From: Tubulanus polymorphus
Lineage: Eukaryota; Animalia; Nemertea
DNA length: 64,000 nucleotides
Assembly: GCF_964204645.1 (NCBI RefSeq)
Contig: NC_134025.1
Location: 16,467,101 to 16,531,100, forward strand
Direction of reading: 5' to 3'
Positions 14,139 to 26,787 of the stretch are shown here, piece after piece. A program made the translations under genes and the position numbers. The notes beneath the pieces were generated by a model that was not told where the DNA came from, searched no databases, and saw nothing but the letters and a program-made list of their open reading frames with translations. Position 1 is the first letter of the stretch. Each line of letters opens with the position of its first letter.

Positions 14139-15372
14139 TGAGGGAAATTTGAAGATGCTTTGATCAATAACCTTGATCTTTCAAAGATATTTGAATCTCC
14201 CAAGAGCCCATCAGCATCTGACAGGGGTCGATCGGACTCCTATGGCCGTCCTATGACCTTTTTAGTGCCCAAAGATATCAATTTTGGCCCGAATTCTTCT
14301 GAGCCCTGTGGCTTCCTTCTGGTTTGCCATTTCTCATTGCAATTTGTGATGGGTATTCTTTGGAAAGGGATGTTTTATACCTGAGGCAGGTATTTTTTAT
14401 CAGCCAATTATGACACAATTTGCGGCCATCTTGGTTTCATCAATACTCATTTGTAGGTGGGAAAAAGTTTTTCCACATTGTATTGATATCTAAGCATATT
14501 TTGTTACCACAATGAATTAGAAAAGTGTAGCTTATAACGTGTTCTATGATTGTGATGAGTTTCAAGGTCATTGGTTTTTGTATATGGCCACCAGGGGGCG
14601 TTGAATAATAGAATAACTTAGTATTTCTATGTTATTTCTGTCTGTACCTGTCTGTTCTGTCTGTGATATTTTGTTACCACAATCAATCGCAAAGTTGTAG
14701 CTCATGACTCCGATGATTGTGGTGAGTTGCAAGGTCATTGGGTTTTGCATATGATCATCAGGGGGCGTTGAATAGTAGAATAACATAGTACTTATTAAAT
14801 TGGTAATGAGGCATATTTTGTTATCACAATCAATTATAAAATCGTAACTGCTGACATGTTCTATGATTGTGGTGAGTTTTAAGGTCGTTGGTTTTTGTTA
14901 ATGGTCACCAGGGGCCTTGAATATTGAAGTTGTTAGATTGTTGAGCACTGGAAACCACTTCCCAAGTGGGCATGGTGTCCCTGGACCCCTAGTTTTTCAC
15001 CTCAAAATTTTTACTTGGTTCGAAGAAAAATGAATGATCATGAACTTGAACCTTATTTACCATAGTGACAATTTTAGGCGTGAAACGCAACAACCTGTTA
15101 ACATTCGATAGAAAATCAATGAGCATGTGTATGGGCTATTAATTTTCGCTTTTTAGGATTGCCTAACAACTGAACAGACTGACAACTGAACCAAAATCGT
15201 GTCCTTTTGGCTGTTTAATTGTTTTAGTGCAGCGTACAAAAAAGTGTCAGGGCGGATTCGGGTGGCTTAGGGAGTAATAGGCAGGGCTGATGAAGCCAGT
15301 TTGAGTGCGATTGGGTTAATGTACAGTGGGTAGATATTGTAATCGAAAATTTCTCTTGATACCTTTTCACAG

Positions 15373-15499
15373 GAAATCGTCTTAGTGGTATTTTTTGGTC
15401 TAGAATATGTGATACGGTTATGGTCAGCTGGTTGTAGAAGTAAATATTTAGGAGCTCGAGGTCGTCTGCGATTTGCAAGAAAGCCAATCTCAATAATTG
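15373..15499 (+). CDS. KCNQ1: KCNQ1-type potassium channel exon (S2, S2-S3 linker; equivalent to human exon 3)
   Basis: ag|...|gt, 127 bp. Translates [42 protein letters not shown]. Confidence 0.95.
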
Positions 15500-17677
15500 G
15501 TAAGTTTTAGTTGTTGGTGTTTGAGCCTTCATTTCAACAGAAATTGAGGTATGTTGTAAGCTCTCGAGGAACGAGAGAACTATTACGAGCGTGTTGGCAT
15601 TGTGTCGTGTATGTAAGATCCGATAAATAGGGTTAAAGTACACTGCAAAAATAGATCTGGCAACTTTGTATTTAAGATTATTTCACATTATATTGGGTTG
15701 AATGGTGATAGAAGTTGATCACAATAATATCAAGATGTTTTTTGAACAATATTATATCAATAATTCGTTCGGATGAATTTATTTTACTAGGTGAATTAAT
15801 ATGCAGATGACTACATCACTTGGCATGAATTTGCACCTTGCACCAAGGGTCTGTACTGTATCGGTCTTAAATTCCTTGTTTTGTGCTTGTCTTTTAATTT
15901 GAAAAGTTGGCAGACAATGCTCTTGAAAGCCTTAAATTTTTACAGTTAGACCGAAATTATCGCCGCATTGTATGGCAGTGTGGCGTGCTTTTATTCATTT
16001 ACTGCAGAGGTATTGCGTAGCAACTGTCAGCGTCTCGAGATTCCTCATTAACGGGGTTCTCTATGCATCGCAACAACCAATCGGAGCTACGCGCACCCGC
16101 GTCAATAGACTGTTTAGTAACACAATTTCCGTGCCAAACTTGTATTCTAAATCTATATTGTATGAAAATGGAAATATTAATTTGAAAATATTTTGCATTC
16201 TTAAATTGATTTTTGGTGCACCATTGCTTATTTTGGTGAATGAAACGTGTGTATGAATATTCAGATGAATTTTACCCAATACTTATTTGCATATAGAAAA
16301 GACCGAACAGGTGAACTAATATTGTTTAGGATATAAGTAACCCCCATATATTATAACGACACGGCTTGGCTGTAGTGATCCCGTCTTCGTATGGGCATCA
16401 TGTGTGGAGAATGAGCATTGTGATCGCATTTCTTCATGACGTTCTGATCCCGGCTGCGGCTGCGCGATGGAATCGGTCTGGCTTCACTGTGGATTATTGG
16501 TAAAAAATTCTGTGCAGTATTGCAGCTCTGTCCTTGGATTCCCAACGAGCCGATGCAGCTGCTACGGTTCATTCGTTTGACCGTCAACGAATCTACTCGT
16601 GTATTACAAATTGGATCCCTCTATCATTTACTGGTATTTTGAACTTCGACTTATCATCTCATCTCTGCACTTCATAAGACTGTGGTAAAACCTCTTGGCC
16701 CATGGGCAATTATTATCTTTAATGAAAGGTTATTAATTGATTTTCAAGTTGTTATCGGTCCAATTATTATTAAAAAGTCTTCGAAGGTTATAGACATTGG
16801 TCATATAACCGGCCATATTTCACTCAAAAGCTTAAAGCAAAATAAATCGGTCTGACGTATTTGTTCCTGCCTACCACTGTCCGAAATGTCCAGTCTCACC
16901 GCAGTGCCCAGGGCAGCTGTTAAAGCAAACAGATCTGTATTATTTAAAGAGTAGTAGATTGAACAATGTAATATGTTTTCATAAATAAAAAATTGTACCT
17001 CGAGAGCACATGACCTTTGGTCCTCTAGTTTAAGTTTTGTTCACGCACACTTTCATGGATGTCATTAAAAATTCATAAAAATGAACAAATTTTTGGCTGA
17101 CTTCTAAAGACTTAAGCTCAGTATGTACTTGGGTTTGTCAATGTACCACTTGCAATATGCTTTCTATTACGGGCATGAAATATAATAGCCGGGAACAGTC
17201 AGAACAGGACAGAATTTAGAATCATGAACAGGTTTGTTTAGCCCTTCATTCATTGCCAGTATACGTAGCATTTAGAACCTTATGTTTATTACAACAGAGT
17301 GCAATATTAGCATCCCCTACCATTTTTTGACTTTTTTGTTGAATTGACGAAGTCATCGTAAAAGCTCTGGAGACCTGTCCAGAAATAACTTGCTCACAAA
17401 ATGCTGTGCACGTAAACTCATCTTTTGTACCGTTTTTTCGGTCAACAAATTTTTGTTGGCACAAACAAAAAATTTTTCGTTCGAACAATAACATAGCCTT
17501 TTTTCGAACAAAGTTTTTGTCAGAACGAAAAGTTTTTCGTGCGAACAGAAAAGTTTTCGCTGAACAAATTTTTTTTTCAGGACAAAGAGTTTTTCGTTCA
17601 AACAATAACATAGCTTTTTATTCAAACAAATGTTTTTGTCGGAACGAAAAGTTTATTGTACGAACAGAAAGTTACGA

Positions 17678-17839
17678 AGCGATAAAGGGCCTCCAGTTGT
17701 TGCGTTCCAACTCGACAAGTCGCTATATTCATATCGATATATCGTGTCATGTCGACTTGACGTGATATATCGCAATAGGTCAACATAAATATGGCGACTT
17801 GTCGATTAGGAATGTGACAACTGGATGCCCTTTATCGCT
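17678..17839. mobile_element. Palindromic MITE (~160 bp)
   Basis: TIR AGCGATAAAGGGC(C/A)TCCAGTTGT, with inverted similarity extending ~50 bp (TCGACAAGTCGC / GCGACTTGTCGA). Confidence 0.8.
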
Positions 17840-18075
17840 CCCATTGAAAGTATATTGTTCGATCAAACAGAACTGTTTTCATTCGAACAAAATTTTCTTT
17901 TCATAACAAAAAGTTTTTCATTTGAACAAGTTTAGTTGATCGAAGTGTCTCATTCGAAAGAAAAATATTTTCGTGGAAGTTAATAGTCTTTTCGTTATAT
18001 AGAGTAATCTTCGTTCGAATTTTCGTTCATATTGTTAGATCGAAACAGAATTGCTTTCATTCGAACGTTTGTTCA

Positions 18076-21000
18076 TGTTCTTTGTGTTCTCTAAAAATCT
18101 TCTTTCAAACGTGACCTCTGGTGTCAATCATCAACTCAACACATGGTGTTTCTTAACTTGATTAAATTGTTATATTGTCGCTACTATAAATTTATCACAA
18201 ATCATAACATTGTACAATCACAGATGTAATAATTACAAGTAAATAAGGGGGGTTCGAATCCTGATCTCCATTCTCCCCTATCAAAGTGACGAAAGAATGG
18301 ATGTCACTTAAATCGACAAAACTCTAAAACCTATTTCGTCGGGATAACATTTTAGCTGATCGAATTTTGTAATTGTCAGTTCCGCTTCTTTTAATTCTTC
18401 AGATGATAAGACGTAACTTAAGTCCTTATTCTTCGGTGATTGGCAGTTTCTAATGAATCGCAAGGACCACGCATAAATACGAACGAATGAGAATTTTCCT
18501 GTAGTAGATATCCGCATTCTTTAACTGGTAGCCATCGTGACCAATGACTAGGGTCTAATTTCCACGGAATATCTGAATCAATCGATTTATCGTTGTCTTT
18601 CTGATTGCAAGTATTATCTAATCGATTGTTATCGCCATTCAATTTCACGCTTTGAATCATATACATTCCGAAACTTTCATCATTCGGAATTTCAATGGAC
18701 TGCTGGCTGAAATAATCTTGCCACTCTTTATGCACTACCTCTGCGGCTTTGGCAGAAACCTTGATTTCTGTTTCTGGCCAATTATCCGAATCTGTAATAT
18801 GGAATGCTGGGCCTTCCCACCAGAGTTTATCATCTAACAATGGGGCAATGGTATGACCTTGAGAACCGATATCCGCGGAGTTGATCTTTGTTGGAATATA
18901 TCTCCACTGAGAGGGGGATGTACTGTCATGAATTTTTCCAACGCAATTCGACAAAAAGGTTTTGTAACTCCTACTCTCACTGCACAACCAAAACAATACA
19001 TCATACGAATCGCTCCAAATTGTAACTTCCCGAATATCTAACTTCAAGACTAAACAGATGGTTTTTGTCAACTGTAGCGCAAGTTCTGCGGCCATCCATT
19101 CCAGTTTAGGAGCTGAAACGCTGTGGGTTGGCGCTAGCTTAGTCTTTGAAGTGACAAGTCGCACCGAGACTGAACTATCAGAATATTCAGTACGCTGGTA
19201 AATGGGCGCGCAATATGCTTTTATAGAAGCATCGCAAAACGTATGCAGTGTAATTGAACTAACATCTGCTCTAGTTTTCAAGCATCGCGGAACTTGAAGA
19301 TTTCTTAACTTTTCTAAGTCTGTACACCACTTTTTCCACTGCGAACGTAACTTTTGCGGAAGTTGCTCATCCCAATCTATACCTTTGAGCCATGTTTCTT
19401 GGAGTAGAAATTTTGCTTCGGCAACTTTTGGAGATATGAGTCCCATCGGATCATATATTCTCGCTATATGACTGAGAATTTCTCGCTTATTAATCGTTTC
19501 ATCAGTTTCCGCTACATAAACTGTCTACTCGAAAGTATCAGATTCCGCTTTCCAAAAGACTCTGAGTACTTAAGTCTTTGGCAATTCGTTAACTTGTAGA
19601 ATTAAACGATGTGATTCGGGGATATCCTCTAACACGGACTGATCATTCGATATCCATTTTTGATAATGAAAACCGCTGTTTTCCGCTAATGGAGTAAGTT
19701 CCCTTGGCGTTTCTACAGCTTCTTCTGAAGTGTCCATAGAACATATAGTATCGTCCATTTAGGTTGACGACTTCACGGCTTCGGACGCTCGCGGCAATGT
19801 ATCTTTACTCTGTTCTGCGTGATTTTGCCAAACATACTGAGCGCAAAACGGTGAGGAAGTACCTCGATCTCGCCGCTAGAATTTTTCCACAAGAATCGAT
19901 GGTATTTTCGACCCTCAGGTTTCATCTCTACCTGCAAGTACATTTTAGATATGTCGGCACCGATTGCTATAAGACCGCTGCGGAATGGTATAAGTACATC
20001 AAATATATCTGACTGAAGTTTCGGACCGCAGTAAGCTTCGGACAAGTACCCTCTGAGACGAACCATTGAATACTATACGCGTTGTGGTAGTTTCTCGCTC
20101 GGCTGTAACTACCGGAAAGTCATCATCGGAGTCCACCTCTTTCAATAGTCCAATTTACGATATATAGTCTTTCTTCTGGTATTCATCTAATGTTTTTTCA
20201 TACGCGATTCCAATATCTGGCTCTCTTTCTATACGTTTACAGAGTTGCTTCAACTGACTCAAGGCAGAAGACTGATTATTCGTTAGACAGGGCGTGTCTT
20301 CTATCCACGGAACGCCAACTTCTTACCTTTCGACGTTTTTTCAAGGTATCGCGAAGCTTCTCGTTAGCCACGATTTCATTCGCTGACAATTTGGCTGACT
20401 GATCATCGAGACCGGACTTCTTGACTTCCCAAAACTGTTTTAATGCAGCATCTAACAAAAGTTCATCTTCTGGGGCATTTCTATTGATAAACAGAGTACA
20501 GTGAACTACATGTGTCCGAATATTTTCTGACGAGTTGATGTCATCGCCTAAACAAGTCCAGCCGAGCTATCGGATCGGAACGTTTCGGACCTCAAATTTC
20601 CTTGATTGAATAGAACAGATGTCGACAGTCCTTTCCTAGTATCCCATCGACTCTGGTAACGCTTCCCAGATCCGGGAATGGAATACTCCGCAAATGAGTC
20701 CATTAACCATACCGTCGCACACTTTGTCAACAATATAGAATTGCTGAGTTCCTAGAACGCGATCAGGATCACTATAATGACCGATAGTGAGATCAGCGAC
20801 TTTCGATTTCGCATCGACTTCGGAGCCGTTGAATACTTTGACCTTTAATTGTTCGCTTTTCACTTTTAAATGTCTAAGACCCGCTGCCGCTTTCGAACTA
20901 ACATGACTAATATCGCTACATTCATCAATAAGTACGATAATGCGTTCTTTGCTAACGCCATCGCCAATAAATATCGGAACTGTTCGCATACCTATCAGGT

Positions 21001-22352
21001 TTTTTTCACGACTTTCGCCTGCGAATGAACCCAGATGACTGGGTAATAAACAGTGGAAACATAAGCCAAATTTCTTGGCTGCAAACCAATGATCATCAAC
21101 ACTTCTCGCCTTAAATTGTTAACATTTGGGTACGCTGTGATTCTGACCACAAAAGTGACATTTTGCAGCATTTCCGACAAAAGTACCTCGCCTTCTTGAA
21201 CTATCCCACGATTTTTGTTTTCCCACATTGGAATCTGTATTTCTATCGCCGCTGACAGTATGCAGACCTCTTGCTGATTCTCAAGCTCTAATTTTTCTAT
21301 TGACAATTTCGGCCATTCACTCAGTGTTGATAGACCTTCTTTATTTCCATCTATTTCTAGCCATTCATAGTATTGGACCAGCATTGATTCTGGAATTTTG
21401 GCTACAATACTATACCAAGCTCCGTCACCCAAGTCCTCGTCTTTGCCACCAGCTTTTAGTTTTGTTCCCGCAACCACTAAATTCAACTAACAGCATCTTA
21501 CCAGCTGGATTTTCATCACTTGAATCGACATATTCAGAAATGCTGTCCAGAAGCTGTCAAAATGTAGCTTATTTCTATCAAAAATTTGAACCTTTATTCT
21601 CTCTAACTAAGATGATGATGATATTTTGGAGTCTTCATCTTTATCTAGTGTATCGGGTCTTTTTTGCGATGATGAGTAGGATGATTTATTCGACGAACGA
21701 TCAAAGAGCGCTGACTGAGCCTTCTCAAAAGTCTTTCAGCACTATTGAATACATCATCGGCTTCGTCTTGAGCTTTTCTAATGTCTTCTGACACGCTATC
21801 TTCAGATTTCTTTTTCAGCTATCAACAGTGATTCAATTTCTGACAGAATTTCGCATACACTGTCTCTCGAATCTTCAATATTTTCAATAAGTTCTAATAT
21901 GTCATCATTTTCTGTATTCTCGTCGGTCAATTTTACTGTCAACTCCGTAAGGGACCTGCTTAATTGGCTCTTACTTGTTTTCTTACGTTTTTTGAGGTCG
22001 TTCAATGAAGTTGTCATGGTTACGGATGAACTTCCGGGTTGGATTGACATTTTCTTTCGCTATTTTCTAAGTTTCTTGCGCAAACTCAAAGTTCTAATTT
22101 GATTTCATACATATCCTGAATTATTCGTATTTATATTCCCATTGTTTCGGCACCATTATGTTCTTTGTGTTCTCTAAAAATCTTCTTTCAAACGTGACCT
22201 CTGGTGTCCATCATCAACTCAACACATGGTTTTGCTTAACTTGATTGAATTGTTTTATTGTCGCTACTATAAATTTATCACAAATCATAACATTGTACAA
22301 TCATAGATGTAATAATTACAAGTAAATAAGGGGGTTCGAATCCTGATCTCCA
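18076..22352 (-). mobile_element. BEL/Pao LTR retrotransposon, decayed, integrase absent
   Basis: TG..CA LTRs at 18076-18270 and 22159-22352 with about 7 differences. 5-bp TSD GTTCA. PBS TGGTGCCGAAAC (tRNA-Phe-like) and PPT TAGGGGAGAA. Gag, protease (LIDECS), RT (ADISKMYLQV, MDD) and RNase H (LHTFCDAS, WSDS, WRYIPT) fragments. Confidence 0.95.
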
Positions 22353-22544
22353 GTTCAAACTAAATTTTTTTTTCGCTCAAAAAACTTTTTGTCCCGCAAA
22401 AAGAAAATTGTTGAGGGAATAGAATATTGTTCTAACAAATTTTTCAGCAAAAAGTTTTTCGTAGGAAAAATAACATAGCTTTTTTGGTTTAGCTTTGTCA
22501 GCAGTATGAGGTTGGCATTGAGCCAACTCATGTAAAATCGCTGC

Positions 22545-23050
22545 ACGTTTTGATAGAATTTGTAATAAATTGTAATTTCTTGTGACCTGAAAATACTAAG
22601 CAGCAAACTATAGGTATAGGCCGAGGTCTGAATATTGTAGTGGTAAATTCCAGGATTTAAAACAATCTAATACTACGCCCCGGTTTTAGCTTCCTCGGCC
22701 ATACATCGGAAAAGATTTTGTTTCCAAGACTCAATATTCAGCCACCCTCTGATATGTGACATCATATGAATTTTATTTGAATATTTTTTCATATTGTGAA
22801 AAATATTTCTTTGAAAATATAAAATAGTTTCCAATGCAGCGCCTGCCTGTACCGTACGAAATTTTGGACGTAGACCATAAACAAATGTTTATCTTTGGCC
22901 TTATTTGAATACAAAATAATTCTTTAAGAAAGATGAAATACAATATAAACTTCTAGAACTTTGAAGTCACGAATTAAAAAGATTTTTCAAGCAATTCCCT
23001 TACTCCAAACAACCTCTAGCTTTCAAGGTAAACCACACTTTGCCCTTGGG
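22545..23050 (+). repeat. Dispersed ~500-bp repeat; second copy at ~52605-53115
   Basis: Co-linear match from GATAGAATTTGTAATAAATTGTAATTTCTTGTGACCTGAAAATACT to CAAGGTAAACCACAC..TGCCCTTGG. Probably HINE-like. Confidence 0.8.
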
Positions 23051-23130
23051 CAATTTATGTTCAAACATTTTTTGTCGGGGTGAAAAGTTTTCCGTTAAAC
23101 AAAAACAATATTGTTCGATCGAATAGAATT

Positions 23131-24813
23131 TTTAGCATTGGTTGACGTCTATGATGTCATGCCAATGCTAGTGAAATGGATCGAAAATAGTAGTACGAAA
23201 AAATAGCGCCGACTCTTCTCATTTTCATAGTAACTTCAAATTGTCACTCCGTTCACGTAAAACATTAAAAACAGCTGAAAATGACTAAAAAAAATGTTTC
23301 AATTATTCCCCACAACATAGCGTCGCCAGATTTCTGATTTAATGGTCCAAAAAGTTTTTCGATCGCATTTTTCTCGTTCATTATCTGGTTGATGAGAGCG
23401 GGTTAAACAATCGCGTATCGATGTGTCCGCATTGACATTGGCAGTAAAGAATGGTGAACAGCCTCTTCTGAATAGAAAAACATAAAATTATGTACCTCCG
23501 GTTTATAAATATCACAGTGTTTGGATATCACTGTAACTCCAACTATCAGTATCTATGGGATTATTTGGGATTAATTCTCAGCGTCAGATTACGTACTAGA
23601 GCAGTGGAACAGTAGCCTACTCATGACTGAAACCCGTATGTGATCGTGCGAGAACGCCTTTACTAAAGTTAAAACCATTTCATGATGACACGAAACATCA
23701 AACGGTAAACGGTAGGCTACCCGCTACCACCATGATACGATATCACCAATAAAGATAGATCATTTTATTCAATTTTATCAGAGTTGTTTATTGGATGAAA
23801 ATATCATTGTTAAGTAGCCTACGCCGAGAACAACCACGTTGTATCATCAATCAGTTGACTGACATTGTAAAATTCGATTCGGCTATATTCTAATATAAGT
23901 TTTCACTTTAGGACGCCCTACCCGCCTGCTGCACACTCATAAGGCGGTAGCACCCTCTTACGCACTCGGCAGAGATTCGCTTTGTAATGCGCGCCGGGAA
24001 AAAATACCTTTTATTATCTTTTCCATGCGTTAAACAACAGTGATTGAATTTACGCGTTGTTTGTCGTAAATTGCAATATTGCGATGGTTATTTGCCGCTG
24101 CTGTAGTTTTTTGGAATTGAATCGAGCGGCCTCGGTAGCTCAGTGAGATAAGGCGTGATGCTGTTGAATCCACTATCAATGCTGAGTGACAATTGGGTTC
24201 GAGTCCTGCTGGCTGCGAACAGTGTGCGGGCAACACTTCAAAGGCCGTACCGTCGTCGTGAGGTTAAATGAACAATCCAATAGAAATAGTCTTGGGAAAC
24301 CAAGATCCAAACGACGTACGTAAAGCCAAACAAACAAACAATCATGAGCCAGCCTCAGTGACACCAACGCCGGCTTCGCTCTCTGCGACATTTTGCATGC
24401 GTACATGCATCAGAGCTTGGAGCTCTAAGATCAGAAAAATCGTTCTGTTTTTGTTTTCATTATTCAGTGTGGCCTAACAGTTCATGCGCTAAAATGGGTT
24501 TTTATATCCAAATCTTGATTGATATAAATATCTTGGCTGGGACATGATGGAAAACATCAGAATAAACTAGTTTCGTCTTTTTAACAGAATCGCATTAATG
24601 AGGTTTGACAGTACAAATAGCCTAGGCTAAATCGTTTCAGCAGAAAATAAATTCATTTTCAGGAATAAAATCGTACTAGACAAATAGACCTTTAAATCTG
24701 TGGTCCTCTCAATCAACATTGTCATAGAAGATTTGCGGGCAGATGTCAAACATTATAACCACTTAATACCACAGTATAATCTACCAATGCTTCAAGGCCC
24801 ATGGGCCTCTTGT
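23131..24813 (+). mobile_element. HINE family A, copy 2 (most intact)
   Basis: Runs TTTAGCATTGGTTGACGTCTATGATGTCATGCCAATGCTAG ... ACCAATGCTTCAAGGCCCATGGGCCTCTTGTT. tRNA-like cassette at 24126-24217. Confidence 0.88.
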
Positions 24814-25499
24814 TTTTATTTGAAAAAATTTTCTTGTCATTAAGTTTTTCGTTCGCAAACAAGTATTTTTCATTCAACAGAAAATTTTTCGTAGTACTAA
24901 ATAGCTGTTTCGTTATCATGAGTATCTTCATTCGAGCATAATAATCTTCTCACTCGAAAAAAGTTATAATTTTTACCTGGGATTTCTTTGTATCCAATGT
25001 TCATATTATGCCTTTTTCAGATAGATTTCATTCCACCTAACCGTTTGGATGAGATCGTTCAAACAAAATTGTTTTCGCTCAACAATTTTTTGTCAGAACA
25101 AAACGTTTTTCGTTTCAAACAATAACATGGCTTTTTCTGCGAACAAATTTTTTTGTCAGACCGTGTAGTTTTTCATACAAATGAAAAGTAAATTGTTCTA
25201 TTGTAGAGAATTGTTTTCATTTGGAACAAGGTTTTCTTGTCGGAACATAAAGTTATTCGTTTGAACAAATACATTGTTCGATCGAAAAGTTTTTCATTCC
25301 GAAGAAAAAAACTTGTCGTGGAACTAAACTGTCTTTTCATTGCAATGTAATATTTGGAGTAATCTTCAAACGAACATAGTATGTGTCTCACTCGAACAAA
25401 GGGGTATGATATGAACTTGGGTTTTTTTCGTATCCAATATCCATATTATGCCTTTTTCAGGTTGAAGCTCATGTTCCATGTTTCTGACAGATTGTTTAG

Positions 25500-25900
25500 G
25501 TCGTTTTGGAAATTTACTCGGGCCTGTACATTTTCTATTACTAATGTATTAGGACAGTGAATAGAAGATGACTCAGGATACTACCTTGAGTGACTCCACC
25601 AGTTAGACCTACTTATTTCCAAGATTATATAGTTCCGTTGATATCGGCCACCTGTTTTTGGTCAGAGAAATCTGTTAGAGCCATTAAAGCGATCCATCAT
25701 TGATACCGTTTCCAAATAGCCTATTTAGTAATCGCTGATGTTTTACCTTATCAAATGCTTTTTCGAAATCCATAAAAGGCCTAACAGTCGATTTTCTAGA
25801 GTCAAATAACCATCTGGTCCATTCATCCATGTTTTCAAAGTAGACCTAATTGACTGTTTGTAGACCAGCTTCCATTTATAAAACCGTGTTGGCCAGTGAA
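25500..25900 (-). pseudogene. CR1/L2-type reverse transcriptase fragment within HINE-B
   Basis: Minus strand reads MDFEKAFDKVKHQRLLNRL...GVTQGSIL, with stops. Confidence 0.75.
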
Positions 25901-25954
25901 CAGGATTTTAAATTCCCTTTTTTTTCAATAGCATGGTGCGGCTGCATCAGCATG

Positions 25955-26787
25955 CAGTGTTTTCGCTGAGGGGTTTAAGCACGGCGGCCTGCCATGGTAC
26001 GGCACTTAACCGCCACGCTAATGCAAAATACACCATGCTTAAAAAAATTCTGCCTTGCTTGAAAAAATGATCGGGAGTTTATTTACTTATCTGGCTTTCG
26101 AACACTGTCAGGTTCACATGCTAAATTTTATTACCGGTGCATCAATAATTGTATAAACACATTCTCATAGTTACTTAGTAAAGCCTCTGTATGTCAATAA
26201 TTGTATAGTTTCGCGTGAGCGGGAGCATGCACTGAACTGCCGTGGTAGGGCCTATGAATATCCAGGGATTTCCCTGTGTGTTTAAGATAAACGAAACCGA
26301 TGCCAATATAGGCCACACTGCTGTGCTCAGCATGCGCTGAATAAACGAACCAGCAGCTTCAATTTTTCTAGTCTCCTATCGAGATGAAAAACTTTATCAT
26401 CATAACTTATCAGTCACCAAAATATTTTGAAAATCAAAGTTGATAAATGCTTCCTAGGCTTTAATGATAAAATTGGAATTTATGAGAACATTATTTATGA
26501 GAACATTATTTATGAGTGCATTAACACTATTTAATGCACGTAAGCCTACCAATGGCAGAAAAGTGCCTCAAGCAAACTACTGACGATCGCTGCTACATAA
26601 AAATTACTGAATTTAAACTGGTTTGTTATGGTCCCAAAATGCTGGGAAAATGCATCTGAGCACCTAGAATTATAAGATTTTTCCAGGGGAGAGCCCCCAG
26701 ACCCCCCATTCCTGATATGGGCTTATGCCTTCGGCGCTCATCTACTAGGCTCCGCCATGCTTTGATTTCGACCCAGCCAGAACACTG
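25955..26787. mobile_element. hAT-like non-autonomous element with 6-bp TSD
   Basis: Termini CAGTGTT..GCTG / CAGCCAGAACACTG, flanked on both sides by AGCATG. Confidence 0.7.

Larger units (their letters stand above)
12185..14997 (+). mobile_element. HINE/DINE-1-like element (family C) with a central ~150-170-bp satellite array; HINE-A nested inside
   Basis: 5' TTTTAGCCCACTTGGGACTTAAGTCCCAG hairpin followed by a (CCGT)n microsatellite. 3' subTIR CCCAAGTGGGC, GTCCCTGGAC dyad and CTAGTTTTT. Tandem units at ~14495-14930. Confidence 0.8.

Noticed and set aside
15224-15643. 139-aa minus-strand ORF (likewise 29713-29949)
   Set aside because: Antisense shadows of KCNQ1 exons.
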